The notes beneath the pieces are model-generated. The model saw only the letters and a program-made list of their open reading frames with translations, did no database searches and was not told the origin of the DNA. Made by a program: the position numbers and the translations under genes. This document shows, piece after piece, positions 42,567 through 52,690 of a stretch of DNA of 64,000 nucleotides (its first letter is position 1; each line of letters opens with the position of its first letter). The DNA is from Spirochaetia bacterium (GTDB lineage: Bacteria > Spirochaetota > Spirochaetia > SZUA-6 > Bin103): positions 3,872,001-3,936,000 of the forward strand of contig OZ241863.1 of NCBI GenBank assembly GCA_965203055.1, given 5' to 3'.

Positions 42567-43736
42567 ATGGCGGCCGAATTCAGTCTTTCGATCTATCCTT
42601 GGGTCTACGTCAGCAAGTTCGACGGCGAGGCGTGGGAGCGGCAGTACGTCGAGAAGCGCCATCTGACCCCCGCCGAGGAGGAGGCGCTGCCGGAGGCGGA
42701 ACGCGAGCGGCTCTACCGCGAGCGCAACGAGTTCCCCGGCCTGCCGCTGGTCAACTACACCACCCAATACGCGATGGCCTGCTTCGAGGGCCTCAAGGCG
42801 TTCCCGCAGCCGGACGGCTCGCTCAAGCTGTTTCGCCCGCGCGAGAACGGGGTGCGCATGCAGCGCTCCATGGAGGGGCTGTACATGCCGGGCGTGCCGG
42901 CGGATCAGTTCGTGGCGGCCGCGCGCGGGGTGGTGGCGCGCAACCAGGCCATCGGCTTTGCGCCGGCCTACGATCCGGCCTGGGAGCGGGACGACTTCGC
43001 CGCCGGCCACTCGGTGTACGTGCGGCCCTTCTCCCTGGCCGAGGGCGGCATCGGCGTGAACCTGAGCCGCACGCCCTGGTTCATCGTGGTCACCACCCGC
43101 GTCGGCTCCTACTTCGCCGACGACGCGGCCTCGAGCGCGGTCACCACCAGCCGGGTGCGCGCCACGCCCGGCGGCACCGGCTGGATCAAGTGCAGCGCCA
43201 ACTACGTGGTCAGCGCGCTGGCCAAGCGCGAGGCGGAGGCGGCCGGGTTCATCGAGTGCGTGTTCCTGGACGCCGCACACCACCGCTACGTCGAGGAAGG
43301 CTCCTCCTGCAACCTGTTCTTCGTACTCGGCGGCGGCCGCCTGGTGACGCCGGCGCTCGGCGATACGGTGTTGCCCGGCATCACCCGCCGCACCATCATC
43401 GAGGTGGCGCAGGAAGAGGGAATGGCGGTCGAGGAACGCCCGGTGCCGATCGATGAGGTGCTCGATGACGCGGTCGAAGCGTTCGGCACCGGCACCGCGG
43501 CCGGGGTGACCTACTTCAGTTCACTGCGCCACGAAGGCACCGAGAAGGTATTCGGCGACGGCCGCATGGGGCCGGTGAGCCGCCGCTTCCTGCGCACCCT
43601 GAAGGGGGTGCAGTACGGCGCCCTGGAGGATCGCCATGGCTGGATGGTGCCGGTGACGGAGGGCGGCGCGGGCGCGGAAGCTGACGGCGCCGCCACTGCG
43701 GCGGCCGCGGTGAGCCTTGCCGGCGCCGCACGCTGA
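42567..43736 (+). CDS. ilvE: Branched-chain amino acid aminotransferase (class IV PLP)
   Basis: CFEGLKAF, LFRP, YVRP, IKCSANY, EEGSSCN, LPGITR, GTGTAA; promoter TTGACC-N18-TACCAT at 42527-42556. Confidence 0.9.
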   Translation: MAAEFSLSIYPWVYVSKFDGEAWERQYVEKRHLTPAEEEALPEAERERLYRERNEFPGLPLVNYTTQYAMACFEGLKAFPQPDGSLKLFRPRENGVRMQRSMEGLYMPGVPADQFVAAARGVVARNQAIGFAPAYDPAWERDDFAAGHSVYVRPFSLAEGGIGVNLSRTPWFIVVTTRVGSYFADDAASSAVTTSRVRATPGGTGWIKCSANYVVSALAKREAEAAGFIECVFLDAAHHRYVEEGSSCNLFFVLGGGRLVTPALGDTVLPGITRRTIIEVAQEEGMAVEERPVPIDEVLDDAVEAFGTGTAAGVTYFSSLRHEGTEKVFGDGRMGPVSRRFLRTLKGVQYGALEDRHGWMVPVTEGGAGAEADGAATAAAAVSLAGAAR

Positions 43737-43755
43737 CGCGCGGCGGCGCCGGCTG

Positions 43756-44124
43756 GTGCGCGCGGCGCTGGTGCCGTACGCGCTGCTGGTGCTGGCGGCG
43801 TCACTCTACCCGTCGGTGCCGGCCTGGGCGGCGGGGGGCGCCGACCGCGCCGCTCACTTCCTTGCCTATCTGGTGTTGGGCGCGCTGCTCGCGCTGAGCC
43901 TGGGAGTTGCGGCCCGCGACGCGGCCGGCCGCCCGCTGCCGGGCGGCTGGTGGCGCGCCGGCGGCGCGCTGCTGATCGGCGCCTGCTACGGCGCCGGCCT
44001 GGAAGCGCTGCAACGCTTTACCGGGCGGGTACCGGAACTGGACGACGTGGCCGCCGATCTGCTGGGCGCCGCGGCCGGGGTGGTCGGCGCCACGCTGTTC
44101 AGTCGGCTGCGCGGAGCAGCGTGA
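43756..44124 (+). CDS. VanZ-like membrane protein
   Basis: DRAAHFLAY..G, EALQRF.GR..ELDDVAADLLG. Confidence 0.8.
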   Translation: MRAALVPYALLVLAASLYPSVPAWAAGGADRAAHFLAYLVLGALLALSLGVAARDAAGRPLPGGWWRAGGALLIGACYGAGLEALQRFTGRVPELDDVAADLLGAAAGVVGATLFSRLRGAA

Positions 44125-45874
44125 GCGCGTTGCTGCGCATCCCGGTAGTGGCGGCCAGCGCCGCGGCCAGACGCCGGTGCAGGGCGCGCCAGCGCGCGCC
44201 GTCGGCCGCCACCGCGGCCACGAGGCGCGCGTGCTGCGGATGGCGCGCGCGCAGGCGCCCCGCCCACAGGGCCAGCAGATTGGCCACGGCGGCAGCCTCC
44301 TGCTGCAGCAGGTAGGCCTGGAATTCATTGACCACCAGCCATTCGTAGTCGGTATCGTAGCCGACCGCGTCCAGCAGCAGATGCCAGTACTGCCGCTCGC
44401 CGGGGGTCAGCTCCTGCCACAGCGCGCGGGCCGCTTCCTGATAGGGGAGGTGGATGAAGTAGAGTCCGTGCAGCGCTTCGTGGCGCAGCAGCAGGCGGCG
44501 CAGCTCGCGCCCGGAGCCTTGCGATATCGACAGCACGGCGCCGGCGCCGGCGCGCCAGCCGGCGGCCGCCGGGTCGGGCTCGATGATGCCGTGGGTCACC
44601 GCCACCGCGCGCAGCAGCAGCTCCTCGCCGGTCAGGGTCAGGCCGGCCGCCTGCGCCGCGGTGAAGAACCGCGCCAGGTCGGGAGCGGCGTAGTCGTGGG
44701 CGTTGTAGCCGCGCAGTCCGCCCAGCTCGCGGTCGCTGAGCAGCCGCCCGCGGTAGCCGCGCTTTTCGACGTAGAACGCGAGCCGGCGGAAGAAACGCGC
44801 CTGGGTGGCGTAATCCGCGGTATCGAACACCAGCAGCGGGGCGTCCCGGTTTTGGCGCGCGCCGTTCCAGGCATAGAGCTCGAACTCCGGGCGCCGCCAC
44901 CGCGCCGGGGGCAGGCGCAAGGTGGTGCTGAGATCGGCCGGCAACGCCACCAGGTCCGCGCCCGGCTGCGCGGCCGGCAGCGCCTCCACCGCGGCGGTTG
45001 CCAGACCGGTGTGCGGCCCCCCCTCCTCCACCTGCTGCAACCGCAGGCGCTGCGGCCGAAAGCCGATCTCGCCGCCGTGCAGATGGATCAACTGGCGGCC
45101 CGGGCGCAGGGTGACCAGCCAGGCGCGGCGCGCGGCGCCCGCTTCCAGGACCACGCGCAGCTCGCGGTAGTCGGCGGCGGCGGCGTTCCGCAGACCGATG
45201 ACCAGCAGCCACTGCAGGGCGCCGGGGCCGCCGTCCCCGGCGCCCTGCTCCGGGTAGTGCCAGGGGGCCAGCTCCAGGTCCACCGGCCACAACGCGGCGC
45301 CGTCGAAGCGGGCGCCGGCGCGCGCGGCGAAGCCGCTGCCGGCGAGCAGCGTCCCGTCCCGCGCCAGCAGCGGCCCGCCGCGCCGCGTCACCGCGGCCGC
45401 GCGCAACTCCAGGCGCCCGCCGGCCGCGGCCGCCGGCGCGCGCAGTTGCAGGCCCCCCAGCTCCAGCGGCTGCTCGATGGCCAGCCGATAGCGCAGTTGG
45501 CCGCGCCCGCCGATCCGTACCTGCTCGCTGCGCGCCACGCGGTCGGCGGCGTCGTACAGCTCGACGGTGAAGGTCTCCAGCTCGCTGGTCAGGTCCAGCG
45601 CCAGCGCTTCGCCCGGGCGCAGCGGCACCGGCGCGGCCAGCTCGAAGCGCGCCGTGGCCAGGATGCCGTGCTGCGGCGCGATCGCGGCGCCGGCCACCTG
45701 CGCGGCGCGCGCGGCCGCGGCCTCGGCGCCGGAGCGGCGCACGGCGCGCAGCGCGACCGGCTCCCCCGCCGCAGTGGTGAACGGCACCTCGTCCGCGCCG
45801 GCCAGCCCGCAGGCGGCGGCCGCGGCGGCCAGCGCCGCCGCCGCGGCCGCGCGCAGCAGGGAGCGCAGCCGCAT
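44099..45874 (-). CDS. Hypothetical lipoprotein with C-terminal HExxH motif
   Basis: AAAC lipobox-like; FFRRLAFYVEK.G, YNAHDY, LRHEALHGLYF, NEFQAY. Confidence 0.7.
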   Translation of the reverse strand: MRLRSLLRAAAAAALAAAAAACGLAGADEVPFTTAAGEPVALRAVRRSGAEAAAARAAQVAGAAIAPQHGILATARFELAAPVPLRPGEALALDLTSELETFTVELYDAADRVARSEQVRIGGRGQLRYRLAIEQPLELGGLQLRAPAAAAGGRLELRAAAVTRRGGPLLARDGTLLAGSGFAARAGARFDGAALWPVDLELAPWHYPEQGAGDGGPGALQWLLVIGLRNAAAADYRELRVVLEAGAARRAWLVTLRPGRQLIHLHGGEIGFRPQRLRLQQVEEGGPHTGLATAAVEALPAAQPGADLVALPADLSTTLRLPPARWRRPEFELYAWNGARQNRDAPLLVFDTADYATQARFFRRLAFYVEKRGYRGRLLSDRELGGLRGYNAHDYAAPDLARFFTAAQAAGLTLTGEELLLRAVAVTHGIIEPDPAAAGWRAGAGAVLSISQGSGRELRRLLLRHEALHGLYFIHLPYQEAARALWQELTPGERQYWHLLLDAVGYDTDYEWLVVNEFQAYLLQQEAAAVANLLALWAGRLRARHPQHARLVAAVAADGARWRALHRRLAAALAATTGMRSNALTLLRAAD

Positions 45875-46521
45875 CAGCGCAACTCCGGCAGGCGCCGCGC
45901 CGCCTCCGCCTGCAGCACAGCGCGAACCTGCGCCGCGGCCAGCGGATAGCCGGCCGCGGCCAGCGTGGTGCAGAACTCGCGGTGACCGCGCCCGCGCCGG
46001 TAGTCGGGCGCGCGCGGCGGAAAGGGCAGGAAGCGCTCGAACTCGGCGGGATCGTTGTTCACCAGCAGGCTCGCCTGGTAGAACAGCGCCCGGCGGCGGC
46101 GGAACACGCTGCTGCCGGCAATCTTGCGGTCGCCGATCGCCAGGTCCGAGATGCCGCGCTGCTCCACCCCCTGCACGCCGCAGCGGCGCAGGGCGGCAAT
46201 GAACCACTCGTTGATGGCGCGCGCATAGGCGCGGTTGCGGTAGGGATGGTCCACCTCGGTCACCAGCGCCACCACTACCTGGCCGGGGGTGAGCAGCACG
46301 GTGCCGCCGCCGCCGCGGCGGCGCCGGATCGGCACCCCCGCGGCGCGCGCCGCGGCCTCATCCACCTCGGCCGCGGCGGCGCCGGCCGCGCCCAACACCA
46401 CTACCCGCCGGCGCGGCTCGTAGACCCGCAACTGCGGCTGCCGGGACGACTCCCAGGCGGCCAGCAGGTCATCGTTCTCGAGCCGGCCGGCGCCCTCCGC
46501 GCCGGCCGGCTCAGGCGCCGT
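45874..46521 (-). CDS. Lipoate-protein ligase A family catalytic domain
   Basis: IRRRRGGGGTVL, SDLAIGDRKIAGSS, PDYRRGRGH; first canonical start is TTG 46431, ACG at 46521 proposed. Confidence 0.82.
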   Translation of the reverse strand, partial: TAPEPAGAEGAGRLENDDLLAAWESSRQPQLRVYEPRRRVVVLGAAGAAAAEVDEAAARAAGVPIRRRRGGGGTVLLTPGQVVVALVTEVDHPYRNRAYARAINEWFIAALRRCGVQGVEQRGISDLAIGDRKIAGSSVFRRRRALFYQASLLVNNDPAEFERFLPFPPRAPDYRRGRGHREFCTTLAAAGYPLAAAQVRAVLQAEAARRLPELR

Positions 46522-47734
46522 AGCGCGCCACCTTGCCGGCGTGGCCCAGGGCGATCGGCAGCAGCGCCCGTCCCGGAACCACGCCCCAGGAGCCGCCGGC
46601 GCAGGCGCGTTCGCCGAACGCGCGCACCGCGTCGGGGCGCGCGCCCGCGGCGTGGATCAGGAACGGCACCGGGTGGGCGGTGTGCGCCCGCGCGGCGCTG
46701 GGCGTGGAGTGGTCGCCGGTGACGATGACCACGTCGGGTCCCGGCGCGAGCAGCTCCGGCAGGAACGCGTCCACCCGCTCGATTTCCGCCACCTTGGCGT
46801 CGAAGTCGCCATCCTCGCCGGTGGAGTCGGTGTACTTGTGATGGACGAAGAAGTAGTCGTGGTCCGGCCAGGCCGCGGCCAGCGCGCGCGCCTGCGCCGG
46901 CAGATCGGCGAGGCCGTCGATCACCGCCATCCCTACGAGGCGGCTCACTCCCTTGTAGTCGGGGTACACCGCCAGGGCCACCGGGCGCAGGCCGAAGCGC
47001 TCCCCCAGACCCGGTATCTCAGGCAGTTGCGCGAAGCCGCGCAGCAGCACCTCGTTGGCCGGCGCCGCGTCCGCCAGCAGCTCGCGGGCGCGCGCCGCGA
47101 AGGCCGCGATCAGCGCCGCGGTGCGCTCCCCGCCGGGAGCGGTCGCGCGCGGCTCCCGCGCCGGTACGCCGGTGACCTGCGGGTCGGTGTCGGCCACTGC
47201 GGCGCTGAGGCCGGCGCCGCGCAACACCACCACGGCGCGGTAGTCGCGCACCGGCCGTACCGCCAGCTCCACGCCGGGCAGCTCGATGGCGTCCAGCCGC
47301 GCCGCCAGCTCGGCGCAGCGCGCGGTAGCGATGCGCCCGGCGCGCCGGTCGGTCACCGCGCCGGCGGCGTCGCGGGTAGCGAAGTTCAAGCGCACCGCGA
47401 GGTCGCCGCCGCGCACCGGAAAGCCGATGCCGAGCGCGGCGACGATGCCGCGCCCGATCGGGTAGCGCAGCGGATCGTAGCCGAACAGGGCCAGGTGCCC
47501 GGGCGCCGAACCGGGGGCGATGCCGTAGTCGACCGGGAGCTGCAGGCCGCACTCCGCGGCGCTCGCCAGGGCGTCGAGGTTCGGCGTACGCGCCGCCTCC
47601 AGCTCGGTGGGTCCGCCGGGGGCGCGCGGCAGACCGCCCAAGCCATCCATCACCAACAACAGGATGCGCCGGTCGTTGCGCACCTGCAGGGCGGCGAGCG
47701 GGTCGCCGGCGGGACCGTGAGTAGCGTGTTGCAT
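46511..47734 (-). CDS. apgM: 2,3-bisphosphoglycerate-independent phosphoglycerate mutase (ApgM/archaeal type)
   Basis: VMDGLGG, TELEAARTPNLD, PGSAPGHLALFGYDP, TDSTGEDG, TGDHSTP. Confidence 0.92.
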   Translation of the reverse strand: MQHATHGPAGDPLAALQVRNDRRILLLVMDGLGGLPRAPGGPTELEAARTPNLDALASAAECGLQLPVDYGIAPGSAPGHLALFGYDPLRYPIGRGIVAALGIGFPVRGGDLAVRLNFATRDAAGAVTDRRAGRIATARCAELAARLDAIELPGVELAVRPVRDYRAVVVLRGAGLSAAVADTDPQVTGVPAREPRATAPGGERTAALIAAFAARARELLADAAPANEVLLRGFAQLPEIPGLGERFGLRPVALAVYPDYKGVSRLVGMAVIDGLADLPAQARALAAAWPDHDYFFVHHKYTDSTGEDGDFDAKVAEIERVDAFLPELLAPGPDVVIVTGDHSTPSAARAHTAHPVPFLIHAAGARPDAVRAFGERACAGGSWGVVPGRALLPIALGHAGKVARYGA

Positions 47735-47769
47735 TGCGATGGCGGCAGTGTGCGGGCTGAACCGCCGCC

Positions 47770-48492
47770 TTAGCAAGAGGCCGGCGCCGCGCAGGAGGGG
47801 CACAGCGCCGCTACCACGCAGCGCCCGCACTGCGGCCGGCGCGCGCTGCAGCAGCGGCGGCCATGGTAGTTGACCACCGCCGACAGCTCGGTCTGGTGGC
47901 GCCGCGGCACGAAGCTGCGGATCTCCGCCTCGATCCGGTCGGGTGCGGTGGCCGCGGTCAGCCCGAGGCGCCCGGCGACGCGCCGGAAGTGGGTATCCAC
48001 CACCACCGCCGGCCCCCCGAACCAGTGCGCCAGCATCACGTTGGCGGTCTTGCGCCCGACCCCCGGCAGCGCCGCCAGGGCGGCGAGCGAGTCGGGCACC
48101 CGGCCGCGGTGGCGGAGGCCGATGGCGCGCGCGCAGGCAATCAGGTTGCGCGCCTTGTTGCGGAAGAAGCCGGTGGAGCGGATCAGTTGCTGCAGCTCCG
48201 CCGGGTCCGCGGCGGCAAGCGCGGCCGGCTCCGGGTAGCGGCGAAACAGCGCGGGCGTGACCGCGTTTACCCGCTCGTCGGTGCACTGCGCCGAGAGGAT
48301 GGTGGCTACCAGCAGCTCGTAGGCGTTGCGATGGCGCAGCGGGCAGGGGGTGTGCGGATACTCCTTGCGGAGGGCGGCGCGGATGCGCGCGGCCCGGTCC
48401 CGCAACACGGCGGGTTCCCGCAGCGCGCTACGGTCCGCGCGCGAGCCGGCGCCCTCCCCGCGCCCGGCGGGGGGCGCCGCGGCCGGCGTCAT
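47770..48492 (-). CDS. nth: Endonuclease III
   Basis: LSAQCTDERVN, LPGVGRKTANV, VDTH, C-x6-C-x2-C-x5-C. Confidence 0.95.
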   Translation of the reverse strand: MTPAAAPPAGRGEGAGSRADRSALREPAVLRDRAARIRAALRKEYPHTPCPLRHRNAYELLVATILSAQCTDERVNAVTPALFRRYPEPAALAAADPAELQQLIRSTGFFRNKARNLIACARAIGLRHRGRVPDSLAALAALPGVGRKTANVMLAHWFGGPAVVVDTHFRRVAGRLGLTAATAPDRIEAEIRSFVPRRHQTELSAVVNYHGRRCCSARRPQCGRCVVAALCPSCAAPASC

Positions 48493-48539
48493 GCGGCGCT
48501 GGCCGCGGGCCGATACACTGGCCTCGGGGGCGGCGCGCG

Positions 48540-49418
48540 GTGGCGATCGGCGGCAACGGTCAACGGCAACGGTTCGTGGCGCTCACCGGCGCCGGGCGCG
48601 GCATCGGCGCCGCCACTGCGCGCGCGTTGCGCGCCGCCGGCTACACGGTGGTGGCGGGCGTCCGCCAGCCGCCCGCCGGCGCCGCCGCGGGGCGCCGCGG
48701 GGCGGCGCCGGGCGGGGTGCGCTACCTGCCCCTCGACCTGACCGACGGCGGCTCCATCGAGCGGTTCGCCGCGGCCACCGCGGAGCTGGCCTCCGGCTCC
48801 CTGCTGGCGGCCATCAACAACGCCGGGGTGGGCGCGCTCGGCCCCGCGGAACAGTTTCCGGCAGCGCGCGCGCGGCAGGTGTTCGAGGTCAACCTGTGGG
48901 GGGCGGTGCAGCTCACCCAGCGCCTGCTGCCGTTGCTGCGCGCCCATGCCGCGCGCGCGGCGCCCGCCTATCTGCTCAACGTCGGCTCCCTGATCGCCGA
49001 GTACCCGGTGCCCTACCACGCGCTGTACGCCGCCTCCAAGGGAGCGCTGCGCGCCTACAGCCTGGCGTTGCGCGGCGAGCTGACCCGGCAGGGCGTGGCG
49101 GTGGTCCTGCTGGAGCCGGGCGACGTCGCCACCGGCAGCGCGCCGCTGCGCGGCGCCGCCGCAGCCGAGGCGTACCGCGCCGGCTACGCCCGGGTGGAGG
49201 CGGCCCGGGCGCGCAAGATGGCGGCCGCGCCGGCGCCGGAGGTGGTGGCGCGGCGGGTGGTGCGGGTGCTGGGCGCGCGCCGCCCGCCGCCGATCGTGGC
49301 ATGCGGGCGCGGCGCCGCGGGGCTGCGCTTCCTGCGGCGCCTGCTGCCGGACCGGCTCGCCGAAGCGCTCACGCTGCGCGCCTACGGCCTGCACCGGGGC
49401 GCCGGCAGCGGGCCCTGA
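48540..49418 (+). CDS. Short-chain dehydrogenase/reductase
   Basis: TGAGRGIG, NNAG, YAASK. Confidence 0.9.
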   Translation: MAIGGNGQRQRFVALTGAGRGIGAATARALRAAGYTVVAGVRQPPAGAAAGRRGAAPGGVRYLPLDLTDGGSIERFAAATAELASGSLLAAINNAGVGALGPAEQFPAARARQVFEVNLWGAVQLTQRLLPLLRAHAARAAPAYLLNVGSLIAEYPVPYHALYAASKGALRAYSLALRGELTRQGVAVVLLEPGDVATGSAPLRGAAAAEAYRAGYARVEAARARKMAAAPAPEVVARRVVRVLGARRPPPIVACGRGAAGLRFLRRLLPDRLAEALTLRAYGLHRGAGSGP

Positions 49419-49446
49419 GCGGCGCGCGCGGCGCCGCCGGCGAGCG

Positions 49447-50661
49447 TTACAGGTAGCGCTGCTCGACGGCATCGAGTTGGCGCGGGCGCAATGACACGGC
49501 TTCCGGGTCGCGCCCGAAGCACACGCCGAGCGCCTCGTAGAACGCCACCGTCTCCGGCGCGACGTGACACTGCTCGATGGCGGCCGCGGTCGCCAGATAG
49601 CGCACTTCGCCGCGGTCGCCGCCGGCGGCCGTCACCCCCGAGATGCCGGCCGCCAGTAGGGCGACTGCGCCGGCGCCGATCTGCTTGCCGAAGTTCACGT
49701 CGTAGGCGGTCGAGCCGCCGGAGCGCACCAGGTGGCTGGGGGTCAACTCGCGCACCTCGGGAGTCTCGTAGATGCCGGCCACGAACTGGCCGGTGGCGCG
49801 CATGTAGGCGCCGGTATCGGGGTCGGCCGCGATGCGCTGCTCCAGCCCGGCACGCACGTACCTGCCGGCCCCGGCCAGCTTGCCGTGGCCGAAGGCGTCC
49901 ACCCCCGCGCCGGCGTCGGTCATCACCGCCCCGCCGGCGTCGCGCAGCCCCTCGGCCACCACGATGGTGTAGGTGCCGGCGTACACGTCGCTGCCGCGCA
50001 CGCGCCGGAACAGGCGCTCCTTGGCATGGCGGTAGACCACCTCCAGATCGGCCGGCACCTCCGGCAGCAGGATGCAGTCGGCATCCGCCGCCACCCCGCC
50101 GCGCAGCGCGGTGTGGCCGGCGTAGCGGCCGAACACCTCGGTGATCATGATGCGATTGTGGGTGGCGCCGGTGGTCTTGGCGTCCTGCACCAGGCGCGCG
50201 ATCCGGTTGACCGCCGAATCGCCGCCCACCGAGTAGGTTTGCAGGTCGAGGTCCATGGTCTTCGGCGCGTGCACGCAGCGAATCCCCTGCGCCACCAGGT
50301 CCACCACCACGCTGCCGGTATCGTCGCCGCCGGAGATCACCAGCGCGTCGAGCGCGTGGCGCTCCAGGCCGCGCTTGATGCGTTCGTACTTGCCGGGATC
50401 GTCGATCTTCGAAATCTTGACCCGGGAATGGCCGGCCTCGGAGCCGGCGCGGGTGGAATCAATGCGGTCGGCCCGCTCCCGGTCCAGCCGCACCAGGCGC
50501 GCCAGATCGACCAGGTTGTAGAGGCCGGCGTAGCCGTTCGGAATGACGTACGCGCCGATTCCCAGGTGCTCGCACATTCCGGCCATGCCGCGGATGACGC
50601 CGTTCAATCCGCCCGCATCACCGCCGCTGGTGATGATGCCGACGTTGCGGAGCTCTGCCAT
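49447..50661 (-). CDS. pfkA: 6-phosphofructokinase family, probably PPi-dependent
   Basis: TSGGDAGGLN, GGDD, PKTMD, EVFGRYAG, VVAEG. Confidence 0.9.
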   Translation of the reverse strand: MAELRNVGIITSGGDAGGLNGVIRGMAGMCEHLGIGAYVIPNGYAGLYNLVDLARLVRLDRERADRIDSTRAGSEAGHSRVKISKIDDPGKYERIKRGLERHALDALVISGGDDTGSVVVDLVAQGIRCVHAPKTMDLDLQTYSVGGDSAVNRIARLVQDAKTTGATHNRIMITEVFGRYAGHTALRGGVAADADCILLPEVPADLEVVYRHAKERLFRRVRGSDVYAGTYTIVVAEGLRDAGGAVMTDAGAGVDAFGHGKLAGAGRYVRAGLEQRIAADPDTGAYMRATGQFVAGIYETPEVRELTPSHLVRSGGSTAYDVNFGKQIGAGAVALLAAGISGVTAAGGDRGEVRYLATAAAIEQCHVAPETVAFYEALGVCFGRDPEAVSLRPRQLDAVEQRYL

Positions 50662-50730
50662 GGCGTGACCTTGCCGCCGGGCGCCCGCCCCTGTCAACGC
50701 GAACGGAGGCGTGGGCGGCGTGGGCCGCGG

Positions 50731-51378
50731 CTACAGCAGGTAGTGGGCCACGACGCCGGCTCCCACCGGCAACACCAGGTTGTCGTAGTCGCGGGTCGGC
50801 GCCGCCTCCAGCAGCGCCGCGGCCACGGCCAGGATCAGGGACGCGGCCAGGTCGCCGGTGAGGCGCAGGCTGATCGCAAGCACCACGACGCAGCAGGCCA
50901 TGCTGCCGGCCACGCTCTTGCCCCCGGTGCCGGGGATCTTGATGCGCCCCAGCGCGGTGCCCACCACCCCCGCGGCGCTGTCGCCGAAGGCGAGCGCGTA
51001 GATGGCCAGGGAGGCGGCCGGTTCCGGGTACAGCAGCAGGGCCAGCATGGCGCCCAGGCCGAGGGTCACCGGACCGAGCACGAACCCGCGGCCGTCGCGC
51101 TCGCGCAACGCGAGCATGGTAACGTCAGAGATCACGGCCACGTGGATCCCCAGCAGCCGCGCCTGCTCCGCGGCGACGTAGATCACGATGCCCACGCCGA
51201 GCAACCCGGCCGCCAACGACACGTCGACCGCCGCAATGGCGGGGACCGCCGCAATCGCCACGTGGATCGCCTTGCGGAACAGCTCGATCTGCGTCGCGCT
51301 GCGCGTCTCCGGGCGCGCGGCGCCGCGCGCCGCGCGGCCAAGCTGAGTTGCGGCGAAGACGATGCGATCCAGGCGCAC
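50731..51378 (-). CDS. Dolichol/phytol kinase-like CTP-dependent membrane kinase
   Basis: ELFRKAIH, FGDSAAGVVG, GKSVAGS, DNLVLP; start uncertain. Confidence 0.8.
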   Translation of the reverse strand: MRLDRIVFAATQLGRAARGAARPETRSATQIELFRKAIHVAIAAVPAIAAVDVSLAAGLLGVGIVIYVAAEQARLLGIHVAVISDVTMLALRERDGRGFVLGPVTLGLGAMLALLLYPEPAASLAIYALAFGDSAAGVVGTALGRIKIPGTGGKSVAGSMACCVVVLAISLRLTGDLAASLILAVAAALLEAAPTRDYDNLVLPVGAGVVAHYLL

Positions 51379-51452
51379 TGTATCCAATGGTGCCAACCGC
51401 CGGCGCGCCCGGTCAATACCCACCGAGAAGAGAAGGAAGGCTGGCTGACGTA

Positions 51453-51482
51453 TTGACAGGCGGGCTGCGCGGCGGATAGGTT
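51453..51482 (+). promoter_or_regulatory. tRNA promoter
   Basis: TTGACA-N18-TAGGTT; followed by palindrome ggggccgccggcggcccc (51491-51508). Confidence 0.6.
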
Positions 51483-51511
51483 TCATCCGCGGGGCCGCCG
51501 GCGGCCCCGGA

Positions 51512-51583
51512 GGGCGATTAACTCAGCGGTAGAGTGCTACCTTCACACGGTAGAAGCCACTGGTTCGATCCCAGTATCGCCCA
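51512..51583 (+). tRNA. tRNA-Val(CAC)
   Basis: acceptor GGGCGAT/ATCGCCC, anticodon stem CTACC-TTCACAC-GGTAG, T loop GGTTCGATCC; CCA not encoded. Confidence 0.96.
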
Positions 51584-51594
51584 GCGCAGGCGGG

Positions 51595-52641
51595 TCAGCG
51601 CAGCTTCTTGCGCATCCGGCGCAGCATGGCGCGGCGCGCGTTGCCGCGCCCCGCAGTGCCGCCCAGGCGCTGGTTGCCCAGCCGCCGCTGCCCCCCCGGC
51701 GGATGGCTGGCGAGGATCATCAGCATCGCCACCCCGCCGACGATCATCGCCGCGCTCAACAGTTGGCCGGTGGTGAAGTTCCACATGCTGAACTGCGCCG
51801 GGTTGGCGGTGGCGGCGAAGGAGAGCGGAAATCCCAACCCTTCGTCCGGCTCGCGCAGATACTCGACGGCGAACCGCACCACCCCGTAGCCGATCACGTA
51901 CATGATCAGCAGGAAGCCGGGGAACGGCCGCCTCTTGCGCAACACGAACCACAGCAGCGCCCACAGGAACACCCCCTCGAAGAACGCCTCGAAGAGCTGG
52001 GACGGGTAGCGCGGCAGGTTGACCAGCGCCGCGCCTTCGGCGAGCGGCAGGCCGGCCTCCGCCGCCACCTCGCGCACCCACTGCTCGCTGGTCGGGTATT
52101 CCGGCGCCGTCGGGAATATGATCCCGATCGGGGAGCTGGTAATACGCCCGTAGAGCTCGCCGTTGATGAAGTTGCCCAGCCGCCCGAAGGTGTAGCCGAG
52201 GGGCGCGCAGGCGGCGATCAGGTCGGCCACGTGCAACGTTGGCAAGCGCTTTACGCGGCAGTAGATCAACACCGCGAGGATCGCCCCCGCCAGCCCCCCG
52301 TGATAGGACATGCCCTGCAGCCCGGTGAAGCGCAGTGCCCCGTCCACCCGTTGAAACGGAAACACGATCTGCAGCGGGTTGCGCAGGTAGAACCCGGTCG
52401 GGTCGTAGATCAGGACCGAGAACAGGCGCCCGCCGAGCAGCACGCCGACGATTCCCCAGAAGAACAGGCTGAGCACCGTGTCCCGATCGGTCTGCAGCTC
52501 GCCGCGCTTCACTGCGAGCTGCACGAACAGGTAGTAGGTGACGGCAAACGCCACCAGGTACATCAGCCCATACCATCGAATGGGCAACCCGGGAATTATC
52601 TCCGGCCGCAACCAGGTGGGAAACTCCGCGTAACCGATCAT
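51595..52641 (-). CDS. lgt: Prolipoprotein diacylglyceryl transferase
   Basis: IRWYGLMY, GMSYHGG, GRLGNFINGELYGR, PSQLFEA..EG. Confidence 0.95.
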   Translation of the reverse strand: MIGYAEFPTWLRPEIIPGLPIRWYGLMYLVAFAVTYYLFVQLAVKRGELQTDRDTVLSLFFWGIVGVLLGGRLFSVLIYDPTGFYLRNPLQIVFPFQRVDGALRFTGLQGMSYHGGLAGAILAVLIYCRVKRLPTLHVADLIAACAPLGYTFGRLGNFINGELYGRITSSPIGIIFPTAPEYPTSEQWVREVAAEAGLPLAEGAALVNLPRYPSQLFEAFFEGVFLWALLWFVLRKRRPFPGFLLIMYVIGYGVVRFAVEYLREPDEGLGFPLSFAATANPAQFSMWNFTTGQLLSAAMIVGGVAMLMILASHPPGGQRRLGNQRLGGTAGRGNARRAMLRRMRKKLR

Positions 52642-52690
52642 TCGTGCCAATGCCCCGCCGCAGGCACTATACTTCTTTCACGGCACCGAG

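Noticed and set aside
51512..51600. Integrated island at tRNA-Val
   Set aside because: No integrase or duplicated tRNA 3' end seen; lgt follows directly.
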